This document shows, piece by piece, positions 19,737 through 28,964 of a stretch of 64,000 nt of DNA. A program made the position numbers and the translations under genes. Under the pieces are notes generated by a model that ran no database searches, had not been told where the DNA came from, and saw only the letters and a list, made by a program, of their open reading frames with translations. The DNA lies in the NCBI GenBank assembly GCA_029260035.1, contig JAJDEA010000252.1, positions 1,125 to 65,124 of the forward strand, read 5' to 3'. Position 1 is the stretch's first letter, and the number at the start of each line of letters is the position of its first letter. Source of the DNA: Phycisphaerae bacterium. GTDB taxonomy: Bacteria > Planctomycetota > Phycisphaerae > UBA1845.

Positions 19737-21122
19737 TTATTTTGATTCGCCGAATAGATGTTGTACCGAACGCCGCCAGGAAGTCTGCGCAGCAGGTTCT
19801 TTCGGCATCAAGGCCATAGCCTTAACAACCGCGTCGGCAATAATGACGTTGCCTTCAGCCGTGAAGTGCGCCCCATCTCGAAAGAATGTCTCCGGTTGCA
19901 CGTCTCGATCCGCAGCGACATCGGCAAATGCAGGTTTCAAATCGAGAAATTCGATCCCTTGCTGTTCAACGAACTTCGCCAGCCTCTCCTGAGGCTCATT
20001 GGATATCTCGGATCCAATGAATTGCAGTCGGTACGGCGCAACAGCTACTACCAATCCCAGTCCATGCCGATCGCAAAGTTCTCGCAACTCCTCGATTTCT
20101 TCTTCTTGTTGCCGCCAAGCTTCTACTATTTCAGGTGATTGCGCACGATCCCAAAGTGCCCGGACTGAATAAGCCTCTCGCTTTTCGGCAGTTACGCGAG
20201 TTGGCGTCAACGCCGAAAGCAAAGAGCTATAACGGCGGTATGCTACCATCCAGTGAAAGAGTTTGCCCGCACCGCCATCTGCAACACCATGATATCCCAA
20301 CCCTGTACCTCCAAAACTCTTCAAGGCTAGATATTTCTCAGTGATATCATTGAGGCAGATAAGTAACACGACAAGATCAGGATCATACCCTTTGTCGAGA
20401 CATCGCCGAAGTATCTCAGTCTCCTGAAAGGTACAATACCCTGGCACTCCCGTATTTATGAACTCAACACGCTTGCGACTGAGCTTGGCAGCCATCATTC
20501 TTTGAGCGATTTGCGGATACGCGTCGGTCGCTTCGCAACCTTGGCCGAAAGTGATTGAATCACCAAGAGAGATTACGCGAATCGTGTTCGCATCCTTGCC
20601 TCGCGAAACGGGAGCTGACCGAAAGCCCTCCTCATTCGTTTCCAGGCGAGCCCCGCTGTAGCTGCTACTGAAATTGGCCCGCAGACGCCAACCAAGTTCG
20701 GCATCCGACTGAAAAGGAGTCATGCGCTCCGGAGCTCGACGATACCGAATGCCCGCTGCCAGTTCTGTGTAAGTTAGTCCCGTAAAGAAAAGAAACACGC
20801 CCAGGACGATTCGAGCGAACACCAAAGACCGGCGATTCAATAGAGACAATCGCAAACCGGCTAAACAGACAGCTGAAAACACAGCGTGGAAAATCGCGAT
20901 CAGTGCACTGCACCGCGAATTGTATCCGCCGTCTCCGTCCCAGCCTTTAATCACCGACAAAACTGCCGCTGCCATGGCAACAAAAAGTGACATAGACATG
21001 GCTACAACAATAACGGCTCGCATCCCTCGTCCAACCGAATCATGCTTCTCGGCATTGGTCGGCGAGTCCGGCGAAGGAATTGATCCAACAGATTCCAGGT
21101 TGGTTAAAGAATTTTCTGACAT
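19737..21122 (-). CDS. Membrane-anchored SGNH/GDSL hydrolase or acyltransferase
   Basis: Three N-terminal TM segments; LGDSITFG, NTGVPGY, LND, DGAHFTAEGN. Confidence 0.85.
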   Translation of the reverse strand: MSENSLTNLESVGSIPSPDSPTNAEKHDSVGRGMRAVIVVAMSMSLFVAMAAAVLSVIKGWDGDGGYNSRCSALIAIFHAVFSAVCLAGLRLSLLNRRSLVFARIVLGVFLFFTGLTYTELAAGIRYRRAPERMTPFQSDAELGWRLRANFSSSYSGARLETNEEGFRSAPVSRGKDANTIRVISLGDSITFGQGCEATDAYPQIAQRMMAAKLSRKRVEFINTGVPGYCTFQETEILRRCLDKGYDPDLVVLLICLNDITEKYLALKSFGGTGLGYHGVADGGAGKLFHWMVAYRRYSSLLSALTPTRVTAEKREAYSVRALWDRAQSPEIVEAWRQQEEEIEELRELCDRHGLGLVVAVAPYRLQFIGSEISNEPQERLAKFVEQQGIEFLDLKPAFADVAADRDVQPETFFRDGAHFTAEGNVIIADAVVKAMALMPKEPAAQTSWRRSVQHLFGESK

Positions 21123-21212
21123 TTGGTTTTTCGCCAGCGCAAAGCGCCGAGCAAACTGTTTTTACCTAGCTGCCTCAAGACCGAATCACAACAAGTAGCT
21201 CTTAACAATCGG

Positions 21213-22559
21213 TTAACGTATTATCGCATGACGCGGAACATATGTTTGATTACGCGTGACGCGACCGGGGTACGATTCGGACTCCATTCTGGACATAATG
21301 GCTCCAGCCAACACTGTCAAAACCGGACTGAGAAAGGCATTGAACAAGAAATTTGTAGCTTGCAACCCGACGGCAATGGTAATAGCCATCAAAGCGGCAT
21401 CGGTTTCAGTAGATCGCCCCTGCCAGAGATTTCGCACCAGTGGATAGCACCACCAAAAATAAAATGCGGCTAGCCCAACAATGCCATATGTGGTGAGATA
21501 AATAATCCACAAGCCATCCGCCGCCATGACGTCGTTCCCCGCGGCGTCCGTCACGCGATTCCTGCCCCATCCGCCTAAACCGAACCAAGGCTCTCCTTTT
21601 GAATGATCCAGCAAGATCGTCTCCGCCCTGATTCGGTATTGCAGAGAGCGTGCTCTCTCCGGAGAAACTTGCGCAATGGCGGAAGACATCCAGCTGCCAT
21701 CGCTAACGTCTGTGTAGCGTGTAACCATCCAGCTAAATGCCAAAATCGCAGGGATCACCGCGACGAATCGACGATTGGTTTTTTGCCAGACGAGTAACAT
21801 GCCAAAGCCGACTATCGCAAGCCCCCACGGACCAAATGACATCGAGGTAAGGAGTCCCAGCATGCACATGCCAACAATGACAACCGACGGCACGCCGAAG
21901 AAAGGAGGCAGAAGTTTGCTTCGATATAACCAAATCGCAACGACCGACGTCCAGGCAAAAAACGTACCCAGCGCGAGGTTGGATGGAAAAAATACCATAG
22001 GTCGGTAGAACCCCCAACGCATGGTCAGGTTCCATGAATGCTGCATGAAGCCATAAAACTTCTGGTGCAGTTGGGGGCTCATTCTCCATTCCCAAACTGC
22101 GAATACCGCATAGATCGCCGAAGCATATACGACCAGACGGCAGGCATCGAGCAATTCAGCCTTGGTTCGTATGAACACTCGACCAAAAATATACGGAACA
22201 GCGTACCAGAGAATCTGTTTGAGCATGACCGAAACGCCATCCTTGGGACCAAGGTCGTTCACCAAAGATGTAATACAGGTGACACCGGCAAACAGTATCA
22301 CCAGGATGTCAGCCATACCCAGACGAAACCCGGAAAATCGATTCGATTGAAAAAGGACGGTTCCAATCACAACGCCCGCACTGGTTGCGAAAACTTTGTC
22401 AATATCGGGCAGCCCTTGCACATGGATCGACGCCATCGGGAGTAGGAGCCAGCCGCCCAAAAACGAAATGATGCACGCGCGCACGGGTGGCAACAGCGCA
22501 AATAGCATAGCGCAAGTCGGTATCCAACCCAACAAAACCAAAACGGCTATCGAGCCCAT
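21213..22559 (-). CDS. Wzy polymerase / O-antigen ligase family membrane protein
   Basis: About 11 TM helices; MRWGFYRPMVFF; SLQYR and PWFGLGGWG in the Wzy_C-like loop. Same operon as the flippase. Confidence 0.8.
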   Translation of the reverse strand: MGSIAVLVLLGWIPTCAMLFALLPPVRACIISFLGGWLLLPMASIHVQGLPDIDKVFATSAGVVIGTVLFQSNRFSGFRLGMADILVILFAGVTCITSLVNDLGPKDGVSVMLKQILWYAVPYIFGRVFIRTKAELLDACRLVVYASAIYAVFAVWEWRMSPQLHQKFYGFMQHSWNLTMRWGFYRPMVFFPSNLALGTFFAWTSVVAIWLYRSKLLPPFFGVPSVVIVGMCMLGLLTSMSFGPWGLAIVGFGMLLVWQKTNRRFVAVIPAILAFSWMVTRYTDVSDGSWMSSAIAQVSPERARSLQYRIRAETILLDHSKGEPWFGLGGWGRNRVTDAAGNDVMAADGLWIIYLTTYGIVGLAAFYFWWCYPLVRNLWQGRSTETDAALMAITIAVGLQATNFLFNAFLSPVLTVLAGAIMSRMESESYPGRVTRNQTYVPRHAIIR

Positions 22560-23686
22560 GCATTCCCCTGTTCGGGCGCTGTCGATACGCCATCGCTCGT
22601 ACCGCGTGATTTGGCAATCGTTCTATTCATTGCGTCCAGGAATAAGTCCATCGCGTCATCCCAAGTGTAGCCGGTGGCTACCTCGTGCGCCCGGCTTGAA
22701 AGCGCTGCCCATTCCGTTTCATCCATCGCACATATCCGCTCAATCGCCTCCGCCATGTCTCGCGGATCACCTGGTTTCACAAGCAAACCGGCGCCATTGG
22801 CGAGCAGTTCTGGAGCCGCACCGGCGGGCGTCCCGATGACAGGAGTCCGACATGCCATCGCCTCAAGAATCGGCAAGCCAAAACCTTCTCGCCGACTCGC
22901 AAAAAGCCACGCGTCGCAGGAAGCGTAGATTTCACGAATCGTATCCTGCGCCGGAAAGCGAGAATACCTCGCACCTTCCGACAACGGCGGATCCGCCATG
23001 GGATCATCCGTCCCAAACGCAACCAATCGCAGGTTCGGTATGCGAGACTGTGCAATTCGATAAGCCTCTATGGCAATGTCGCATCCCTTCCACTCGATGG
23101 GCCGATAGAGCATACCCACCGTGGGTTGATCCTGTTTACCACGAGGCGGGGCGAAGAATTGTTTCTCATCCACCGCGTTTCTAACGATCGAAACATCGGT
23201 ATCGCCAAATTCATTGCACGCGATATCCGCCAGCCACTGGGATATGACAACCTTGCGTATCGGAAGCCTCCAGGTCGCCTTAACCCGATCGATCGGCTGA
23301 GTCTCGTGAACTTCGTAATGCTGAAGAAAATAAACCTTGGCGCCCTTTTCAGGGGCGAGCGAAGCTACCCATTCCGCAGTCTCCCACCATGTCGCCACAA
23401 CGACATCGGCGTCAGGAAGATCCGCATCGCACACAGGCCGCCAACGATCCAGGACACGATGGTCCAGCCCCACACCGTCAAAATGCGATGGACTCCTTCG
23501 CACCCGCCGAGGCCATCCCTCGCCGCGCAGAACGGATCGAAGTTTCCCCTGCAAGGGGATCGACCGCTGTGGCGTGGAGATCACGACCACATTGTGCCCG
23601 AGGCGCGACAGGCGTTCTGCATAAATCGCAATGACGCGCGTGCCACCTCCAAGGTTGGCATGTGGCAACACAAAGGTTATGTCCAT
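22547..23686 (-). CDS. Glycosyltransferase family 4 (WsaF-like N-terminus)
   Basis: GGTRVI, VVATWWETA, YFLQHYE, SRREGFGLPILEAMAC. Confidence 0.92.
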   Translation of the reverse strand: MDITFVLPHANLGGGTRVIAIYAERLSRLGHNVVVISTPQRSIPLQGKLRSVLRGEGWPRRVRRSPSHFDGVGLDHRVLDRWRPVCDADLPDADVVVATWWETAEWVASLAPEKGAKVYFLQHYEVHETQPIDRVKATWRLPIRKVVISQWLADIACNEFGDTDVSIVRNAVDEKQFFAPPRGKQDQPTVGMLYRPIEWKGCDIAIEAYRIAQSRIPNLRLVAFGTDDPMADPPLSEGARYSRFPAQDTIREIYASCDAWLFASRREGFGLPILEAMACRTPVIGTPAGAAPELLANGAGLLVKPGDPRDMAEAIERICAMDETEWAALSSRAHEVATGYTWDDAMDLFLDAMNRTIAKSRGTSDGVSTAPEQGNAWAR

Positions 23687-25200
23687 CCGAACATCCGTCT
23701 AACGCTGTTGGATCGCAGCAGACCCCACCCCCAACCGCCGCCAACCACAATGGCCGCTACCGCAAATGCGCCCAAATCGCTCTGCCAGCGATCGCGTACG
23801 ATCATGCTCAGCAATGCACCACCAACCGCAGCGACAAGGACAATCAGAGTCAACATGATGTCCCTCGGGAACCCGCGAAGTTCATTGCGCCAAGTCCCCC
23901 AACTTGATACGGAGTACTTCAACACCTCCGCGCCAAGAAGACCAAGGATCGCGCCCTGCAAACCGAGCAGGATATACCCAAACGGAATCAGCGCCGCCAT
24001 ACCAATCAGCTTCGACACATTCCCCCCAGCTACCCAATAAGGTTTGCCCATCGCGAGCAGCGCACTGCCGTTTGTACACTCTAGAATCTGGAACCACGCG
24101 ACACCCGTAAGAAGTTGAATCATACGGCCTGCCTCGTGATACCTTTCATCATAAAGCAAATACACAAAAGCAGGGCCACAGGCAGCCAATAGCGAAACCA
24201 ACGCAGCCCCCAAGAGAAGCAACGGATGGCGGACAGTGTGAAACGTCTTGGAAAGTGACCCGGCAGTGCGTACCAGTTTGCTATATGTCGGAAACACAAC
24301 CATCGAGCCGACTTTGAGAATCACTTGTACAGGCGTTAGTGCCAACATGAGGGCGATGCTATACACCCCTAGCATCTCGGTTGAGAACATCTTCCCGAAC
24401 GCGAGACGATCCGATTGACCCGCCAAGAACGTCGTGAGCGTGCTGATGAAGATCCATTTTCCGAAACTCAAGAGTGATCGACTCGCCTCTTTGTCCCAAT
24501 GAAACCGACAGCGCGAATTTTGTAGGATCAAGTGGGTCAACACCATCTTGGCCAGCGCCCCTGTCAATCCTCCCGCGACGAGCGCCCAAACGCTTCGATC
24601 CACAATAGCCCACACGACCATCACAACCAGTGCCAATATCTGAGCACTCAAATCCAGGAGGGCTATCTTGCCAATGGCCAATCTCCGATTCAGCGTAAAG
24701 AGCGCTGTCGAATTAAAGCCCGCGATAATCGCAACGGCACCCGATATCGGCAGTACACTGGCAAGCATTGGCATTCCGTAAAAAGATGCAACGGGATAGG
24801 CCAGTGCGCAAGCGCATACCCAAAGCGCAATGCCACGGAAAACCTGGATTGTCCAAGCCGTGTTCAAAAACCGGGGATCGTCTCCCCGCTTACTCTGAAT
24901 GATGCTGGGGCCAATCCCGACATCGGAAAACATCGTCAAGCCTTGCATGAAGACATTGACAAGGGTCATTAGCCCGAACGCTTCCGGGAAGAGCAGCCGT
25001 GTCAGCACCAGACTGCTACCCAGTCGCAATACCTGGCTGCCGCCATAGCTGACCACCGTCCAAACAGACCCTCGAATCGCCAGCGACTTAAGCGATGGGT
25101 CGGTTGGTTCCGGCCCCTGAGACTCGTCGCGAGTTGCTACTTGACCTGGAGCTTCAACGATGGAGAAAACCCTGTGAATTGTGGGGCCGCAAAATGGCAA
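23677..25200 (-). CDS. Oligosaccharide flippase (Wzx, PST family)
   Basis: LTRLLFPEAFGL, FSDVGIG, LNTAWT, FGKWIF...QSDRL, LGVYSIA; about 12 TM helices. True start is probably somewhat downstream of 25200. Confidence 0.92.
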   Translation of the reverse strand: MPFCGPTIHRVFSIVEAPGQVATRDESQGPEPTDPSLKSLAIRGSVWTVVSYGGSQVLRLGSSLVLTRLLFPEAFGLMTLVNVFMQGLTMFSDVGIGPSIIQSKRGDDPRFLNTAWTIQVFRGIALWVCACALAYPVASFYGMPMLASVLPISGAVAIIAGFNSTALFTLNRRLAIGKIALLDLSAQILALVVMVVWAIVDRSVWALVAGGLTGALAKMVLTHLILQNSRCRFHWDKEASRSLLSFGKWIFISTLTTFLAGQSDRLAFGKMFSTEMLGVYSIALMLALTPVQVILKVGSMVVFPTYSKLVRTAGSLSKTFHTVRHPLLLLGAALVSLLAACGPAFVYLLYDERYHEAGRMIQLLTGVAWFQILECTNGSALLAMGKPYWVAGGNVSKLIGMAALIPFGYILLGLQGAILGLLGAEVLKYSVSSWGTWRNELRGFPRDIMLTLIVLVAAVGGALLSMIVRDRWQSDLGAFAVAAIVVGGGWGWGLLRSNSVRRMFGWT

Positions 25201-25370
25201 CCCGAACAGATTGGACGAAGAATCGAAAGGCCGAATCGAGCAACATTCGCCTAGACTCCGTCCCCGTCACGTTCCCACACGAAACGCGATTCCCTACTCG
25301 CGACCGCCTAGAGAGATGCGTCTCGCGAATACAACTTTGAGACAACTACCTAGGGTCGAGTTCGACTGGG

Positions 25371-25393
25371 TTCGGGCGCCATCTGCGCCCGAA
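25371..25393. repeat. Perfect 9-bp inverted repeat in the divergent intergenic region
   Basis: TTCGGGCGC-catct-GCGCCCGAA; flanking GGTCGA (25354-25359) can pair with TCGACC (25395-25400). Function unknown. Confidence 0.5.
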
Positions 25394-26215
25394 ATCGACC
25401 AAACACACTCCGAACGCCCGCTATGTGTGTTGTCGGCCTGTTCATTCACACTGCTTAAGGAACGCGAGCACCGCGTTTCTTGCCTCTTGCGTTCGAATGC
25501 ATTTACTTTTTCTTCTATTCGCGAACCAATGATTCAGAAATACTTTGTATTTCCACGAAAACGGACTTTTTCGATCAAGTGGAACACCTAGAGCACGCTC
25601 TAATTGACTTACGGCTTCCGATTGTGTGTCTCTCCTCACGACTACTCAGAGGATCCAACGCCTTACCAGAACGTTCGTATCCGCAAGCCCTAAGAACAGC
25701 CGCAAGTTCTTATCCGGATTCTAGTTAAACGAAGCGTAGCAACAAGCAAACAAAGCGATTATCGCCCCCGTCTCATACCCCGTCCGTTGCAAAGAGCTCC
25801 TTTGCGTTGCCAACCTTATGATATTCAGTTCATTTCGAATTAAATGGAATATGCATCTCGGACGGCCTGATTTGCTGTAATTTCTTAAGCTAGGCGCTCG
25901 ATTCGGCATCAAACTATTTCGCCAATACCACCTGAAGCGAATTATCTGAATTCCGGCGACAAGAATTGTAGCCCTAGACCGGATGATTATTGGCCCGTTC
26001 GTACGAGCGAACAGGTTGCCATAACTGTTTTTTTGACAGTAGGTTGCGATAAGAATCGGTTTTATTGCACAGAGGTGAATTCCCTGGAAAACGGAGCTAA
26101 GTTTCGTTGACAGTTGAATGTTGCTTGATAGACTGTATATGAGGTAGAAACCAGTCGTTTTGGCGTCACGGGCATTGGCCCAACCAGCGTTCGAGACTCC
26201 CCCGAGAACGTCAAT

Positions 26216-28204
26216 TTGCGGAGGGCGAATTTGGCAAGGGATTCACAGAAAAATGTGGATGCTTCGGTTTCGCTACGTCTGTCGCGTGGATCAGATTGCG
26301 CAGACGTAGTGGTGCTTGCGGGAGGGGTGGGTCTGGACGAATCATGGACCTGTGGACAGTCGCGGTCGTTGCTGTCACTTCCTGGAAAAACCCTGCTCGA
26401 CGATGTTCTCACCAAGGTTTCAGCAGCGTTCGATGGCACGATCGCCGTGTGTTCAAATGGACATGCTGAAACGGTTGGCCAGCACGTCGTGGAAATGGCA
26501 TCGACCGACGCAAACATTCTTGTTCGCGAGGATCGCCTCCCCCGCGGCAGTGCGGGTTGCATCAAGGCATGTGAACCTGAGCTGCAAGGCGAAACGATCT
26601 TCGTTGTAGGCGCTTCCGTCTGGCTCGAAGACGATCCCCAATGGATGCTTGAAGAACACAAACGACGCGGGAACGTAGTCACGGTTTTCTGCATTCCGAA
26701 CCAGGTTGGCACAGGATCCGGATCAGAAACACGAATGCGTCCGGCTGGTATCTATTGTTGCGAACCCGAAGTGCTCGAACATATTCAACCTACTGGTTTC
26801 CAGGATCTCAAAGAACAATTGATACCTACGCTCCTTGCGCAAGGATTTCCTGTCGGTGTTGTGGCACTCAAGGGCCAAACACACCAGGTACTTGACTGGG
26901 CGACCTATTTGCACGCGATTACTCGTTCATTATCGAACGAGCAGTTCAGCGAACAAGGCTTCGAACAGCTTGCCCCAGCCATATGGTGTGGCCAAAATGT
27001 GACAATCGCTGATGACGCGCGGGTGGTCGGGCCCGCCCTTCTTGGGCATGGGTGCAACTTGGAATCCGGTTCGGTTATCATTGGACCAGCTATGCTTGGC
27101 GACAACTGTACGGTGTCCAGCAACTCAACCTTAATACGAACGGTTGTACCCGAGCTGACAACGCTCGCAGAATCCAGTTCGCTGATCGATCAGATTGTAC
27201 CAACACGATGGGTCGATAAGTCCTCAGACCGCCTTCAGTCCTCGGCCCGGTCAACCACCCAAGCAACCGGCCTCACAGATACAAGAAGGCGTGTGCCGAT
27301 TGGCGAATCAGCACGGGCCGTCGGTCAGAAACTTTCGTTGGGTTTTGGGGCGAACACGGCTTTGTTCGTGTGGGCTTTCTGGTCCAATTTTGAGGGGCTA
27401 TGGGAGGTCTGGCAGACGGATCCGAATTATGGCGCCGGTCAGCTTGTGCCTTTGGCCGCAGCTTATATGGTCGCAACGAAACGTCGCGCCCTTGAAGGTC
27501 TTTCTTTTCAGATTTCTTATGCCGGAATCGCCGTTTTCTCCGTCGGAATGGCGTTGAATCTATTCGGCTATCAATATCTATATATGTCGTTTTCCAATCT
27601 TGGGATGGTGATCTGCGCTTCGGGCGTTGTAATGACATTGACCGGGTGGGATGGCTACAAGCGCATCTGGTATCCGCTTGCCTTGCTTGGTCTTATGACT
27701 CCATTGCCTGCGAGGATACATGATGCGATTATGCTCCCGCTACAAACTTTTGGGGCGCGAGTCTCGGCCACAATTTTGGAAATCGGAGGAATTCCAGTCG
27801 AGCGTTTTGGCAATTTGCTGGAGGTAGCCGGCCAACGCATCGCCGTCGCGGAAGCCTGCAACGGTCTGCGAATGGCCATTGCATTCCTTATTGTTACAGC
27901 AGTTGTTGCGTATATTGTAGAACGACCGACTTGGCAGCGCGTCGTCATCCTGCTGTCGAGCATACCCATCGCCATGGGCTGCAATGTTGCACGGATCGTC
28001 GGCACAGCCTACTTATACAGCGCTGGCTACGATTGGCTTGCCCAGGGCGTTTTTCACGATGGCGCAGGTTTGCTCATGATGCCACTAGCCTTAATCCTGG
28101 TTCTTGTCGAACTACGCCTCTTGTCAAACCTCTCCGTCACTCTGTTTGACGACCAGCCGTCGATGGAAACCGCAGAACAAGTCGCCGCAACCCCGGTTCG
28201 ATAG
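26216..28204 (+). CDS. Fusion of a degenerate NDP-sugar pyrophosphorylase-like domain (NTase fold + LbH) with an exosortase
   Basis: Single uninterrupted ORF. N part: VVVLAGG, PRGSAG, AGIY, QDLKEQLIP, hexapeptide GPALLG/GPAMLG. C part: about 8 TM helices with exosortase triad VAEACNGLR, NVARI, FHDGAG. Start could be GTG 26255. Confidence 0.88.
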   Translation: MRRANLARDSQKNVDASVSLRLSRGSDCADVVVLAGGVGLDESWTCGQSRSLLSLPGKTLLDDVLTKVSAAFDGTIAVCSNGHAETVGQHVVEMASTDANILVREDRLPRGSAGCIKACEPELQGETIFVVGASVWLEDDPQWMLEEHKRRGNVVTVFCIPNQVGTGSGSETRMRPAGIYCCEPEVLEHIQPTGFQDLKEQLIPTLLAQGFPVGVVALKGQTHQVLDWATYLHAITRSLSNEQFSEQGFEQLAPAIWCGQNVTIADDARVVGPALLGHGCNLESGSVIIGPAMLGDNCTVSSNSTLIRTVVPELTTLAESSSLIDQIVPTRWVDKSSDRLQSSARSTTQATGLTDTRRRVPIGESARAVGQKLSLGFGANTALFVWAFWSNFEGLWEVWQTDPNYGAGQLVPLAAAYMVATKRRALEGLSFQISYAGIAVFSVGMALNLFGYQYLYMSFSNLGMVICASGVVMTLTGWDGYKRIWYPLALLGLMTPLPARIHDAIMLPLQTFGARVSATILEIGGIPVERFGNLLEVAGQRIAVAEACNGLRMAIAFLIVTAVVAYIVERPTWQRVVILLSSIPIAMGCNVARIVGTAYLYSAGYDWLAQGVFHDGAGLLMMPLALILVLVELRLLSNLSVTLFDDQPSMETAEQVAATPVR

Positions 28205-28227
28205 TCTCTCATATCGGAGCCTTGCAA

Positions 28228-28926
28228 GTGAATCAGCAACAGAAGAAATACATTTTCATAGGCATGGCACTGACCATGATCCTATGCGCCGGCCTGCTGA
28301 ATCGGTGGGTCCGCTCATCGCGTGCAAGCTCCGCATCCACATTTACCGATCTGCGGCGCCCACTATCCGAAATTCCGTTCAATATTGGCACTTTCACCTC
28401 ACGCGATGTACCCCTTAGACCTGACATCATGGAGGCATCTCGCGTCGATGCATATGTTCAACGAGAATATATGGACGGCCAAGGGAAGAGGCTTCTGGTT
28501 TATGTCGGTTATTGGGGGCTGGAGAACGTCGGAATGGGCCATGGCCCAGAGCGATGTTACCCGGCAGCCGGTTGGCAGGTCGATTCCCCTCCTAAGTCTG
28601 CCGATATTGAATTTTCATCCAAGGACCGAGGTGTCCCCACTGGAATCGGACTGCACCGATTCCTCCGAACAGAGCCGGAGGGCGTCAAACGATGCGCGGT
28701 TGGCTTTGTTGCAGTCGTCAGCGGCGTTTATCAAGAATCATCGCGAGGTGTATTTTGGCATAGGTCCGGCCAATCCAACGAACAAGGCGGCCATTTTCTT
28801 GCCCATGTCCACATAAGTACGTTTCCGGAAAGCGATAAGTGGGATGAAGCTGAATCCGATATCATAGAATTCTCAAAGCAGCTTCTTCCAAATGTGGCAT
28901 TGTGCCTTCCCGGCGGGATCGAGTAG
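28228..28926 (+). CDS. EpsI-family exosortase-associated protein
   Basis: One N-terminal TM helix; LSEIPFNIGTF, DAYVQREY, VYVGY, GHGPERCYPAAGW (H-x-P-x-x-C-Y...GW). Directly after the exosortase; GTG start 8 nt after GGAG. Confidence 0.85.
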   Translation: MNQQQKKYIFIGMALTMILCAGLLNRWVRSSRASSASTFTDLRRPLSEIPFNIGTFTSRDVPLRPDIMEASRVDAYVQREYMDGQGKRLLVYVGYWGLENVGMGHGPERCYPAAGWQVDSPPKSADIEFSSKDRGVPTGIGLHRFLRTEPEGVKRCAVGFVAVVSGVYQESSRGVFWHRSGQSNEQGGHFLAHVHISTFPESDKWDEAESDIIEFSKQLLPNVALCLPGGIE

Positions 28927-28964
28927 AATACCGTTGTGTGTTTGCGTCAATGTAGTGGCGCCAA

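Noticed and set aside
23126..24040. 304-aa plus-strand ORF
   Set aside because: Antisense to the GT4/flippase junction, with no recognisable motif.
25181..25912. Small ORFs in the divergent intergenic region (136, 82, 65 and 63 aa)
   Set aside because: No motifs or convincing Shine-Dalgarno. They cannot be excluded, but are not supportable.
26062..26712. 216-aa minus-strand ORF
   Set aside because: Mostly antisense to the pseudo-NTase domain.
26300..27200. Calling the fusion's N-terminal domain an active mannose-1-phosphate guanylyltransferase
   Set aside because: The GTR, PK, NGD and WxD residues are all substituted.
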